Positions 1 through 11,862 of a stretch of DNA of 64,000 nt are shown piece by piece (position 1 is the first letter of the stretch; every line of letters begins with the position of its first letter). The position numbers and the translations under genes were made by a program. This stretch comes from Podarcis erhardii (Eukaryota): the NCBI GenBank assembly GCA_964252035.1, contig OZ176209.1. One strand, written 5' to 3'. A model generated the notes under the pieces. The model saw nothing but the letters and a program-made list of their open reading frames with translations. It did no database searches and was not told where the DNA came from.

Positions 1-520
1 GCTATTTATTCCACAATAAAAAGTACTGAAAATAAATGGGTTTCCATTTAATGGAAATTCCTTCTCTGATTCTCAGTAGTACTCTTAATTTTCTTGAGGG
101 AATTTTAGAAGTATACTCATAATTGTTCTGTGTGCAATAAAATAGAACTTGAATGATTAGGCAGCAAAGGAATTTCTTTAATAACTCCTCCATTTTGATG
201 TACTTTGTCATGACAGTTGTCTGGTGCCTGCAAAACAATGAAGAGTAACACCTTGTCTCGGGGCATGCTGACTGAAATATGACATGTTATTGATGGAGGA
301 ATGGTAGCAGCTTGGATTGAATTCATAAACATCTCTTAGCTTGGTTACAAAGTTCAACAGCCTCTGGCATCTCTCCTTGTTCAAAGTGTGCACATGGCAC
401 TTGATCTTTGTGGGTCTTGCATGCTGCTAATCTGAATGTGAAGGGAAAATACTTTCTGCAACGTTCTTATTCCCGTCATCCTTCTGAATGAAAATAATCA
501 TTATACAGAGCATCTAACTC

Positions 521-656
521 ATGAAGGCAGAAGGTCCACAGCGACGTAGGTTTTCTTCATGTGCTGGAGTTTCGCTGCCTCCACGGGCTGATGGTCGGAA
601 ACTTGTCCGGAATGCTTCATTCGGAGGATACAATGCACTTTCACCAGTCTTCCGAG
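521..656 (+). CDS. OSBPL8: Coding exon 1, ORP5-type N-terminus MKAEGPQRRRFSSCAGVSLPPRADGRKLVRNASFGGYNALSPVFR(G)
   Basis: ATG 521 has an in-frame TAA at 515-517. Candidate acceptor TACAG ends at 508. Donor CGAG|GTTTGT at 657 is phase 1, matching the next exon. Colinear with the recalled ORP5 N-terminus MKEEAFLRRRFSLC...DPRKLTRN. Confidence 0.85.
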
Positions 657-2984
657 GTTTGTTTTGTCTCACTTTTTAATGTTCTCATGAAAATATTTAT
701 TGTAAAAGCTTCTACAAATACTACTTTTTTTAAAAAAAAAGCAATTTTCTAAGCTGAAAAAGCACCTGGATTCACGTTGAATAAAATAAAATGAGATTTG
801 GAAATAATGATTCATGGTTGGCATGTGTTCTCGGGCAGCGCTTTCCTTAAGTTCAGCATTAAGAACGAAGTGCTTCATTGTAGATTGCGTGTGATTGTAC
901 ATGATGATGATGATGATATTACATAATGAGAATGATACTTGACTGAATATGGGTGGTGTCTTTCTTACCTGCAATTTAAGAGAATTTTCAACATACTGGA
1001 ATCTACAACCAAATGATTTTCAAGTAAACGGAACATGGCTTCTAATTAGGTGCAGGTCCTTTTGAAATCTGGAGTAGACAACATAGCAGGACTTTTGACT
1101 GTTAGAAGTAATCTTCAAATGTAAAATTTGAGGCCATGTTAATCAGTGTTGTGTCCTTTAATCCTTACATTCCTTAATAATGTAAATAATAACTTGGAAA
1201 TACTCATAATGTTGTATATCTAGTTTGCATTGGTTCTAATGGACTTGATCAGTCTTGAAAATGCACAATTGCAAGGTTACTGTAAATGTGTGAGTTAGTA
1301 CTACTGTAAAAATTGATTTATTTAAGACAATTGCAACCTTCAAGCTAATTGCATTTTAATGTACCTATTAGTTGTCTACCTCTTCTTTTGTGGTTAGTAG
1401 TTTCAACACAAACATGATGTGAATCCCCTGGAAACTAGAAATAATGCTCCCTCTTTTCATGTTTTTGTGTGTGTAAGTAATAAACATTTATACAACAAAA
1501 CAAAGGACAAGCAGATTTGCTGTACTTCTATAACTGCAGCTTCAATCACTTATTGCAGAGTTCTGAATGTAACCACAACATTGCATGTTTCCTTCTCATA
1601 GTTTGGTTTTCAGGATATCTGAACCAAGCCAGTAAGTTGCATAACAACTCTTGTAAGGAAGTATGTTATTATTTTTACTGAGTTTTTGCCATATCTTACT
1701 AAAAGTCCAGTTTGACATTTAGAGTGGTTTAATACTCACAGACAAAGTGAGATGTATGTGTGCTAGATCTCAAATGCAAGACAGTGTAGTTAACTTAGGT
1801 ACTGCAACCTTACCTTAATTATAGCCTTTTAGATGAATTATCTGGGCGAGGGAAACACAGTATCTGTTATTATGAATTTCATGCTGTTGAATATGTCAGT
1901 GGTTGACATTTGATTCACATTCCTTCTTTCTTTTTTAAAACCAGTTTATGTGCGTGTAACTTGCTCACTGACTTTGTATGAAGAGTAGAGCACCCTAGAC
2001 ATTAATTGTGGTGTCATGAGCCCCATTCTCTAGACATATCACAAGGTACATGAATGCTTGGAGCAGTAAGATGTTGCGCACTGGCCCTTGCCCATACAAA
2101 TATCCAAAGAAAGGCTGTGCATGTAGAAGTTGCTACCAAATCTCAGTTAATCCCAAATTGTTCTAGGGAATTTCCCAAGCTCCTGGTAAGTTTACCAGGA
2201 AGATAACATTTGCAGCTAATACTTTCCTGAGGAATTTCTGATTAAGATAAGTGAATTCACTTGCCGCTTTGTGGTTACTACGATCTGCCTTTATTAACAC
2301 AAGGAATAGAAATGGCTTGTTAGCACTACTCACCTTACTTGGCTTTGCACAAGCTCTGCTTCATTCTGTTTTATGCTCCATTGATTAGTTCACATCCGTG
2401 GATGTGTGTGGTGGTATGTTGTGAATATGATAATGCCTAATCCTAGCGGCTTACTCGATCATGAATTTATTATTAGATTCCACTTCCGTCTTATTTTTCT
2501 GATGCCTGATGAGAAGGCTTTGCATTGTTGGAACTGCTGTAACCTGGGGGTGGGCTGGCAAGCCAGTTCTCCTGTGGACTGAAACTCTCTGTGCTTATCT
2601 ATGTTGTGCTATGTGCTACTAGTAGTTGGATATTTTCATATAACTTAGCAATTGAGGTACCTCTGAATGCCTGGAAGGTAAAATACAAATGTATTAAATT
2701 GGGACAGGGTTGACAACTACCATTCATGCTTGGAACTTTGTAGGTTGGGAACATAACCACTTTTGGACCCTAGGTCTCACACAACATGGCTTTAATATTA
2801 AACAAAAAAAAATCCTAGTTGTAAAGGAATTACAAAAACATTTGGTGAACAAATGGTGACATATACACCATGTCCCTAAGCATATTTGGTCAGAGTTTTA
2901 ATAGCTTTGACTTATTTAGGATTTCAACCTTAATGGCATATGGGATACACTGATTTTTTGAAACCATTTCAATTTCTCTTCAAG

Positions 2985-3055
2985 GTTTTGACAGAGGGAA
3001 GGATGATGCCTCACAAAGTAAAGATGATTCTACACAATCAATGTCAAAAAGCAAG
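2985..3055 (+). CDS. OSBPL8: Coding exon 2 (GFDRGKDDASQSKDDSTQSMSKSK)
   Basis: TTCAAG| acceptor, |GTGAGC donor, 71 nt. Matches ORP8 GFERGKEDISQNKDESSLSMSKSK. Confidence 0.95.
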
Positions 3056-5206
3056 GTGAGCACCTTAACCTTCAGACAGCATAGTTCAGTTTGATGCTTC
3101 TAAGTGAGCTTGGATACGTAGTTGCAATTAATTTAATATTTTCCCTACCTATCTCATTTGTGGCTTATTTTAAATAGTAAGGTGAATTATGTTTATGTGT
3201 AATCTTTGTTTATAGCACAAAAGTAAGCACTAATATTTGTTTTTAAAGCCAGTTTGTGAAAAAAAGTGAGGGCTGCTCAGGAGATTCAGTGGGCCTTTGG
3301 TGAATTCTATTAGCTACTTGGTTAAGTATGAGGTATATTATTTTAGATGAACTAGCCATAGCTGGCAATAGGCATTGGAGCAGCCAGTGACAAGGTAGAA
3401 TCCACAAGTAAACCTGCAACTTATGTGCATTTCACTTGTGCACATTCAGCTTTACATGCATGTCAATTAAAAATAGAAAGGGGGCGGGGTTCTGGGGGAA
3501 ATGACTTTGGCAATCCTCTCTGCCGTTGAATCCAATGAATTTTGACTATACATGATTTTGGTTTTAGGCGCAATCCCCAGAACATAGCCCCCAGGTAAGT
3601 TGCGGGTTCTACTGTACTACATGCTATATGTTTTATGGTGAGTGCAACTCACACTTGAACAAGATACAAACTACCAAGCCATAGAACTCTTCTCAGGGTT
3701 CAGGCTTGGTTTTTGGCTCCCATCCAGACCACCCACTCGTCCCCACCCCAGGCACAACTTCAGCTTCTGAACAGCTTCATCTGCTTCTGTTGGAAAAGAT
3801 ATAGAGCAGAGTGCCTTGATGATGACTCATCCAAAATCCTTTGATGATGGCACCCAATGACTTCACTTAGGTGTTAAACAGCATGGAAGACAGCATTGAT
3901 CCCCACAATATAATTGCCATGGGAACAAACAGAAATCTCCCAGAGTGGTTCTCTAAACTTGGGCCATCAAATAGGGACAGAACCACAGTAATACACTGCC
4001 TCCAACTTCTGTTTAATGGAGCCAGTCCATGAGGATACCATGGTCAATGATATGAAAAGCTATTGAGAGCTTAAGGGCAATCAACAAGGTTGGAGTTCCT
4101 CTCCTCATACAAATAAAAAGCCAAGGTGACCAAAGCTTTCACTGTGCCAAATCCAGGTTAAGAAAGTATGTACTTTCATATGTGTACATGTGACTGGTGG
4201 ATTAGAGCTTTTGTCACATTTTCTTGAGATTGGTGGGTGTTTATGTGTGTGCGCTCTCTCTTTCCCTCCCTCCCTTCCTCTGTCTGTCTCTGAAAACTTA
4301 GTAAAATAGTTTTGGGTTTTTTTTGCGGGGGGGGGGGGGATAGCCTTAAATTTAGCCAGAAGATTTGGCTGGTTCCTGGGCATCTCAGTATTAAACAATT
4401 TGTGTCAATAAAACGTGTTTTGCTGTACAGGGTAAGAAATGGCTTGTAACTCATCCAAAGTTTATTTTTAGTCAGTACAAGATGCTGAGACGTTCCTAAT
4501 GAGTTAACTTGGTTACATTATCAACCAATGTTGAGTGATGATAGACTGCTAGAATAACTCTGCAACCCTGCAGGGTTCATCTGTCATTCTCAACCAGTCC
4601 ACCCCCCCCCAAAGCTATTGGGTGGCACATGCAGAGAAACCATTTTTAGAACTTTCAAGGCAGGAGAAATAAATGCTGTGTGATGCCACAGCAGCATGTT
4701 TAATAAAGAAATATTTTCAGTGGTAAAGGCACTTAAGTGAGGTGAAGTTATGGATCTCTAGAATTAGGGTGTTTTGGGGAAAGCAGGCTGTAATAATGTA
4801 TTTGAATAACACTGATATAACAGATTCAGGGAGCAGATCTTAGTCTGGAGAAATTCCATGTTTTCCTTGAGGGGCCAGGGGGTAAGTAAGTGCGTAGGTG
4901 GCACTGGACAAGAAAAGCTATTTGTGTTTGCATGTGTAAAGCTCAGTGGACAATGTCAAGTTTTTGACTCCTTTCTTCAAACTGGGTTATTGTTAAATGA
5001 TATGACAGAAGAAGCCAACGTTTTGAAGTACCACATGAAGGATTCATTTACAAGCTCTTTCTATGCCTTGATTAAATGAAGCGACATAAAGGGAGCAAGC
5101 AGCAATCTGAAAAACTTGTAGCTTCTATGTTTCGCTTGAAGTTTGACTGAACAGCAACTGCTCTAATCCTTCATTAATTATTTCCTTGTGTTATGTATAT
5201 TTTCAG

Positions 5207-5302
5207 TCAGAATCTAAGCTTTATAATGGCTCTGAGAAGGACATCACTGCCTCCTCCCCCAGCTCCTCTACTACCAAGCTCACAAAGAAGGAGTCTCTTA
5301 AG
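5207..5302 (+). CDS. OSBPL8: Coding exon 3 (SESKLYNGSEKDITASSPSSSTTKLTKKESLK)
   Basis: TTTCAG| acceptor, |GTGAGT donor, 96 nt, phase 0/0. Confidence 0.96.
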
Positions 5303-6278
5303 GTGAGTTGCTTTCCAGAATAGAAAACCTACCATCTCCAGCCTTTTGGCTATAGAATACGACACCTCTCAGTGGCCTCAGAAGATAAATGTGAGATACA
5401 CAATAACTTTAAAGAAATGCTAGAGCATTCCAAGATGTGCTGCTGTTTCTTCAACCAATGTCGTAATTTTCTCCAGAATTCACTGTGTTTAGCCTGAACA
5501 TAGCCCTCTAGTTCTAGAGTGTGGGAGAGGACACAGAAGAAGCTAAATTACTTTTTGCCCTCTGCAGGTCTGGTTCTCATTGAGTTTGTAAGCCTGTTTA
5601 TGGGCTCACTTTCATGCAGGTATTATTCAACCTTATTAACTCCCACCTGTGGTCTAAAATGGTGTAGTCCAGACATGACTTCACCACCTTTGTAAAAACT
5701 AGGCTACAGATAAAGTACCGGTATATATGGTGTGCTGGTTGTTGCTGCTAGTGATGCACAGAAGCTGTCCTCCACTTTGAACATGGCATGACCTGTTTCT
5801 GCTGGAAATATTAAGTGTGTTACCAGCCCATTACTACTTTGCTGAGTGAAAAGCGTTCCATGGGTTCCACCCCACTGCCTCTCATACTATTTTATTTATT
5901 TATTATATAACATATTTATATCCTGCCAAGTTGAAATTCAAGGCGGCTTACAACATTTAAAAACACCAGTCATAGAATAAAGAATAATAAAAACAAACTG
6001 CTTAAAAAAGAATACTATATATCTAAAACCAGCAATTAAAATTTGAACTGGTAGCAGCAGCCCAGTCATCAGCATCATCCGCACCTTAGTTTCCAAATGC
6101 ATAAAGCCTTTACTGCAAAAGTAAATTGTTGCTTCCTTGTCTGTACAGAAGCAGGAGCCAAGCCAAGCCAAGCCACACTGATCGTATCAGGAAGAAGAAA
6201 CTTTGTTTGCTGATTCTCTGTCCTCAGCACTGCTGAGGACCAAAGATTCCAATAAGCAAGCAAGTAAGATCCACGAGG

Positions 6279-6432
6279 CTCTTGCTAGGCAGAGTAGAGA
6301 CTCTAATGTCGTGCTTAGCCTGATAATATGATGGGTGTCTATTCTGCCATGTGGATCTTATGAGGGGGAAAGAAACGTTGTTTGCTTATCAGATCAGCCA
6401 GGAAGCTGGGTCTCTATTCTGCCTAGCAAGAG
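6279..6432. repeat. Inverted-repeat element with 24-bp arms (possible MITE)
   Basis: 6279-6302 CTCTTGCTAGGCAGAGTAGAGACT versus 6409-6432 GGTCTCTATTCTGCCTAGCAAGAG, 22/24 complementary. Confidence 0.55.
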
Positions 6433-6832
6433 GTGAGGTGTGTGCCTTAAACCAACCTGCATAACAAAAGCAAGAGCAAAGCCACATGGATATTTGCTGA
6501 TCAGAATCTCCCTGCCTTGGCAGGGAAGCTTATTGCTATTCTGGGGCTGTCTTACGCCTTACAGATTGTGCAGGCAGAAAGCAGCTTTTACTTCAAAGTA
6601 AAGCCTTTTACTCTGCAACGCCAGCTGGGAGGCGGCATGGGCTTATGCCTTCAGATTGGGCAGGCAAAAAACCTAGCCATTTACTTTGCAGTAAAGTGTT
6701 GCTTCCTGCCTGCAAGCTGGGCAGTGCCAGTATATTACAGGGTAAAAAAATATGAAACATTTATTGTGGTCTGGAGTTCATAGCAGTAAGAGACAAAATA
6801 TCAATATATCATAACCCACCGCTACTTCAAGT

Positions 6833-6940
6833 CTCCAGATGTTGCTGAACTCCCATCATCCCTGACCATTGGCCATGCTGGCTGGGGCTGATGGGAGCTG
6901 TAGAGTTAATATCTGAAGGGTCTCAGGTTCCCCATTCCTG
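6833..6940. mobile_element. Fold-back hAT-type MITE (CTCCAGATGTTG...CTCCCATCA family), partial
   Basis: Family core plus end CAGGTTCCCCATTCCTG; related copies recur through the window. Confidence 0.7.
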
Positions 6941-7151
6941 CTTTATAGGAAATTGGTTTGAAGGCAATATTATGTAATGCCACTTCTTCTGATAGATAAA
7001 CAGCTGTCCTAAAACTTTCGTTTTCTTCATACTACTATGGATTGAACTAAGCATGTTGCAGTTTGTTTTGACCTTTGCATTTATAGCTCCACGACTTCCA
7101 TTTTCTTAAATTTCTTACCCTCTGAATTTATTGTTCATTCATTATTTACAG

Positions 7152-7253
7152 GTTCAAAAGAAAAATTACAGGGAAGAGAAGAAAAGAGCCACAAAAGAAC
7201 TACTTAGCACAATCACAGACCCATCAGTCATTGTTATGGCTGACTGGCTGAAG
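7152..7253 (+). CDS. OSBPL8: Coding exon 4, polybasic segment (VQKKNYREEKKRATKELLSTITDPSVIVMADWLK)
   Basis: TTACAG| acceptor, |GTCAGG donor, 102 nt. Matches ORP8. Confidence 0.97.
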
Positions 7254-7854
7254 GTCAGGAATTATGTGTAATATTGAGTGAAAGTTGTAGCTGTTGTTTA
7301 TTTGTCAGAATGTAAAAGAATTCAGATCCTAGTTGGTTGCTGATTGATGTTTACCACTAAGAAAAACTCCATTAATTATATCCCAGAGGCTCAGTACTTG
7401 ATGCATAGGGAACCAACGGGGACACCTTGCCACTGCTTTACAGTGGTTGCCATGGCTACATCTGTCTGCAGTGACTAATTGAATTGGTGATCACTTTATA
7501 TTAAATACAATGTGAATTATGAGTGATTACTCTGGAAACAGGAAACTGTTACTTTAAAACAGATTCCTTCTTGCAGACTCACCAAGCCACATTTCATACA
7601 TGATAGCATAAAGCTCTGGGAGTTTCAAATGTGTGAATTTCAATGATGATATGAATAGCTCCAGGAAGAGGATGTAAATGTAGCACGGGTATCAAATAAT
7701 CTAAGCTGCTTAATGTCAGTGTGTTTCTTGCATGTCACAGGAGAATTAAATTACTTCTGCTAATCAATAAAATATTCCACCTGAACTCTTGTTGTTTGTA
7801 CCTTGTTTTCCTGTATTGGCTAAAGTGTAAGGGCTGTTAACATACTACTTTTTT

Positions 7855-8040
7855 TCATTGATTGATTACATTTGTATCCTGCTCTTCTCAAAGGCAATGT
7901 TTTATCCTCACAAACCCATGAAAGTTAAATTAGGTTGAGAGAGTGTGATTTGTTCAAGGCTACAAAGTGATCTTCGTTTCTGATTAGGGATTTGAACTTG
8001 CATTTCATATTTCAAGTACATTCCCTAACCAGTAGGCTCT
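7855..8040 (-). mobile_element. Squam3/MIR-like CORE SINE, degenerate
   Basis: Reverse complement resembles the copy at 17030: TTATCCTCACAAAC, AGGTTGAGAGAGTG, GGGATTTGAAC. Confidence 0.55.
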
Positions 8041-8410
8041 GCTGGTGTCAGTTGAGACATATTCTGCAGGCATGGGAATCATCCCAAGTTTCTGTATTTA
8101 TTTACATATGTAAAATAACTTCTGACATAGTAAATTAGTTTTCATTTTAAAGGAATACTGTCTGCATGGTGCAGTTGATATCCTTTGGTAATTTGATTTA
8201 CTAGTTATGCTCAATTAACAGTATACAAACATTAAGATGTGTTGTGCCTATAAGTATTTGTGTGAAATTTGAATAGCTCTTCTTCATTTTTGCAATTCTG
8301 AACTGGTTGTGTATATTGTAAGAAGGGTCTTGCTGCTTGGCCAGGAGGGATTGGGACTGAAATGTACTTAAAATGTACTTAAAATTAAAAGTCTCTTTTT
8401 TTCTGTTAAG

Positions 8411-8614
8411 ATTCGAGGTACACTGAAAAGCTGGACCAAACTTTGGTGTGTGTTGAAACCTGGAGTACTGCTTATTTACAAAACTCCTAAAAATGGCCAG
8501 TGGGTAGGAACAGTACTTCTGAACGCTTGTGAACTCATTGAGCGGCCTTCAAAAAAGGATGGATTTTGTTTCAAACTTTTCCATCCTTTGGAGCAATCCA
8601 TCTGGGCTGTTAAG
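8411..8614 (+). CDS. OSBPL8: Coding exon 5, PH domain (IRGTLKSWTKLWCVLKPG...FHPLEQSIWAVK)
   Basis: GTTAAG| acceptor, |GTAAGT donor, 204 nt. Overlaps ORF 8450..8671. Confidence 0.98.
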
Positions 8615-8940
8615 GTAAGTGAATATGTATTCTTAATGCAGGTAGCGTTGAATAGAACATTACACCAATGACACATTAAACCTATCTGCATTGTTAAATA
8701 TTAATGATCACAGTGTGCTTTCAGTTGTCAGCTCAGCTATCCCTTTGCTAAATTTGCTTGATTTTCTAACATACCAAAGCCCTGAGCAGTGTGGTTGCAT
8801 TGGAGAAGTATTGGCCTTCTGCATAATCCTGTGTGGTCTTTATTGTGAAAGCAGCCACTAATCATAATCTTTGCCCATATAAAATGTGCACAGTAATGCT
8901 GTGTTACAGCTCCTGAATCCCTAATGGATAAGGGATTCAG

Positions 8941-9296
8941 ATGGTTAAGGGGTGATATGATAGCCATGTTCAAATATATAAAAGGATGTCACATAGAGGA
9001 GGGAGAAAGGTTGTTTTCTGCTGCTCCAGAGAAGCGGACACGGAGCAATGGTTCCAAACTACAAGGAAGAAGATTCCACCTAAACATTAGGAAGAACTTC
9101 CTGACAGTAAGAGCTGTTCGACAGTGGAATTTGCTGCCAAGGAGTGTGGGGGAGTCTCCTTCTTTGGAGGTCTTTAAGCAGAGGCTTGACAACCATATGT
9201 CAGGAGTGCTCTGATGGTGTTTCCTGCTTGGCAGGGGGTTGGACTCGATGGCCCTTGTGGTCTCTTCCAACTCTATGATTCTATGATTCTATGATT
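8941..9296 (+). mobile_element. CR1 LINE 3' fragment (5'-truncated)
   Basis: Open RT C-terminus RLRGDMIAMFKYIKG...FLTVRAVRQWN.LPR..ESPSLEVFKQRLD, followed by (ATTCTATG)n tail. Confidence 0.95.
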
Positions 9297-9934
9297 CTAA
9301 TGGTACCTATTTTATTATCTTGTAGGCATTAGGATAATATATTTTCATTCTCTCGGGCCTTTTAATGATTTGTGCTTTAAAATCGTATTGAGAAGATTCT
9401 CTTTTAAAACATCAAAAATTGCCACATTTTTACTTTGCCGTTTTAAGTTCCTATTTTAGCATGCGTATTGTGAGATTTATGTTTGTTACTTTTTATTGGT
9501 CTTATGTATATTTGTATTGTTTTGCATAATATTACATTGTAAACTTACTGGGATTACCAAGAGATTATATAAGAGGGGGTGGATCCAACAGGAGGATAGA
9601 AGATTGTACCTGGAGAGGACAGAGTGCCTCCATACCCCATCTAGAGTCCACTTAAAAATGGGTTAGCAGCAGAAATCAGCCCTGGATATTAGGAACAAAG
9701 GCATCACCTGAATTACATGTACCTCCATTCCCAAGACAGGCAAAAAGGGCGCAGTCCATTTGTGGATGGATCTCTTGTGAGAAGCCATAATTACACTTGT
9801 GAGGTTTGGATCTCTTGATACACCAGGCAGTATAACTTCTATGCCTTTTGGCTCTGCTACTGAATATTCTGGATGCTAACCAGTAAACCCAACCAAAATG
9901 TTTGGGCGGTTGGATGGGGCAGCTCCCTTATGAA

Positions 9935-10245
9935 GAAAGGTTGTGACTTCTTCACACAGCGTATCGTTAACTATGGAACTCGCTTCTACAGGAGGAAGTG
10001 ATGTTTAGATGGTTTTTAATGAAGATTTAATTTATTAATTAATTGAGGAGAAGGCTGTCAACAGCTACTGGCCATGATGGCTGTGTTCCACCTCCACTGC
10101 CAGACGCAGCAGTTGTTGGGAGTTGCAGGTGGGGCAAGCTCAGGTCCTGCTTGTGTGCTCTCCACAGGCAGCTGGATTACCACTTTGAGAACAGGATACT
10201 GGATTAAATGGCCATTGACCTGATCTATTAGACTCTTCTTATGTG
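9935..10245 (+). mobile_element. Old CR1-type 3' fragment
   Basis: CTTCTTCACACAGCG...TATGGAACTCGC and GAGAACAGGATACTGG...CTCTTCTTATG. Same family as 38035-39209. Confidence 0.65.
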
Positions 10246-10827
10246 CTAAGTTGTAGTGTCCTCTGTCCACCCCCTCCTGTTTATCTACACACATTTGGGA
10301 GTCCATGAGCTTCAAATGAGGATCATTCCAACTCTCCAGACCGAAATGTGTGATTTTTTCTTGTAGCTGAGCTACCTTCCAATTTCTCAACAGTGATTGA
10401 AGAAAGGAAGCGTACAGATGGTGTTGGCTGTGCCTTTCTTCTTCGCCAGCTGCATGTTCTACTTAAATGTATTCTTGCTGTCATTTCTTTCTTGCTTCCC
10501 ACCCCAACATGAATGAGTAATCAGAATTTTTAATGCCACCAATATTTTGGCCTCTACAATGTTTTTTTCTTAAAAAAATAATAATACAGGAGTGAGTGGG
10601 AGAAGCACCTGGAAATTTTAGTTCTAAAGATCTTTTAAGAGGAGGAGGATCCAAAATAGGGGATATTTTTTAAATTAATCTGAAGAGCAGATTCCAGTGA
10701 AGTATGACCATTGGTCACATAATTTGCAATAGCAATTGCTGATTGACAGAGAATCCTGGATATTTCATTAAAATTGTGCCTTCAAATTATTCTAAAACTC
10801 TTGCATCTATATTGTTTGTATTTTAAG

Positions 10828-10912
10828 GGTCCTAAAGGTGAAGCTGTTGGATCCATAACACAACCACTACCCAGCAGCTACTTGATCATCCGAGCAGCTT
10901 CAGAATCAGATG
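10828..10912 (+). CDS. OSBPL8: Coding exon 6, PH domain (GPKGEAVGSITQPLPSSYLIIRAASESD)
   Basis: TTTAAG| acceptor, |GTAAAT donor, 85 nt, phase 0/1. Confidence 0.97.
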
Positions 10913-11693
10913 GTAAATAAAAGCACATTCTGTAAATAACATTTTCTGTGAAGGGCAGCATAGTAAATCCTAATGTGATTAAACAGTTTCAGGAAATATT
11001 CTTTTACCAGCAACACCATGTATAGCTCAGATGTTTTTTTACCCCAGATTTCTTTTTCTCAAAATATTCACAGTAGGATAAATGTGGATTAAAAAATACG
11101 AAAACCAGAGCTTGCAACCAGTGCAATATAGGTACAGCTTCCCTTCAGAAGACTTCAACCTTATAAGACTTATAAGGCACAGCTGGTCAAATGTACATGA
11201 CTCATTGATTCTGTGGCTATATATTCAGACTCCCACCTGTGCAGTGAGACTTCCTCTTGCCCGCCTCTGCTCCATAGGCTTTTTTTGGAGTGAGCGGAAC
11301 TTTGACAACAGATGGGAGAAGGGATGTGCAGAAAGAGAAGAGGGAGAGGAACTCCTTGTGCTAACAGTGGAAGACTTTTTTGCATACAGACCGAAGTTCA
11401 GTGCCTTTCCCCCTGCCCAGTATATCAGAAGCTACTAGTGTTGCAGTCCCAAGCATACGTGAATAAAAACATGTCCTACTGAAGTAAATGAGACTTAACC
11501 AAAAATATAGTTGGAATCTGGCTGTAGGATGTGTTGAAAGAGCACAGATAATCATTTCTGGTCTTAAGAGGTCAGATACAAAATCCTAGTTCTGTGCTTT
11601 AAAGGTACATCCATATGAAATGCAGATCTAGCATACTATTCAAATGGTGAACTCAGTAACATGGGGTATTATACTAACAAAAAATATTTTTAG

Positions 11694-11862
11694 GTAGGTG
11701 TTGGATGGATGCATTGGAGCTGGCTTTGAAGTGTTCAGGTTTGCTCAAGCGCACAATGATTAGAGAAGGTAAAGAGCATGAAGTGACCTTAACAGATGGT
11801 GCACACGTGTCTTTCTATGGTCTGCTACGTGCAAACAACGTGCATAGTAGTGAAAGCTTCCC
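11694..11862 (+). CDS. OSBPL8: Coding exon 7, end of PH domain (GRCWMDALELALKCSGLLKRTMIREGK...VHSSESF)
   Basis: TTTTAG| acceptor, |GTAAGT donor, 169 nt, phase 1/2. Confidence 0.96.

Noticed and set aside
2-974. Minus-strand ORFs (2..238, 117..332, 208..393, 669..974) as a transposase or pseudogene
   Set aside because: No recognisable motifs. The real coding signal here is the plus-strand exon at 521-656.
2250-2520. Possible internal promoter or enhancer (CACTTCCGTC ETS-like, TGTGGTT RUNX-like, a few CpGs)
   Set aside because: Only short motifs, expected by chance, with no independent support.
657-2984. Mammalian-type ORP8 exon encoding GKMSQRQGKE...
   Set aside because: Searched by eye and not found here or in 1-520. 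If it exists it lies upstream of the window.
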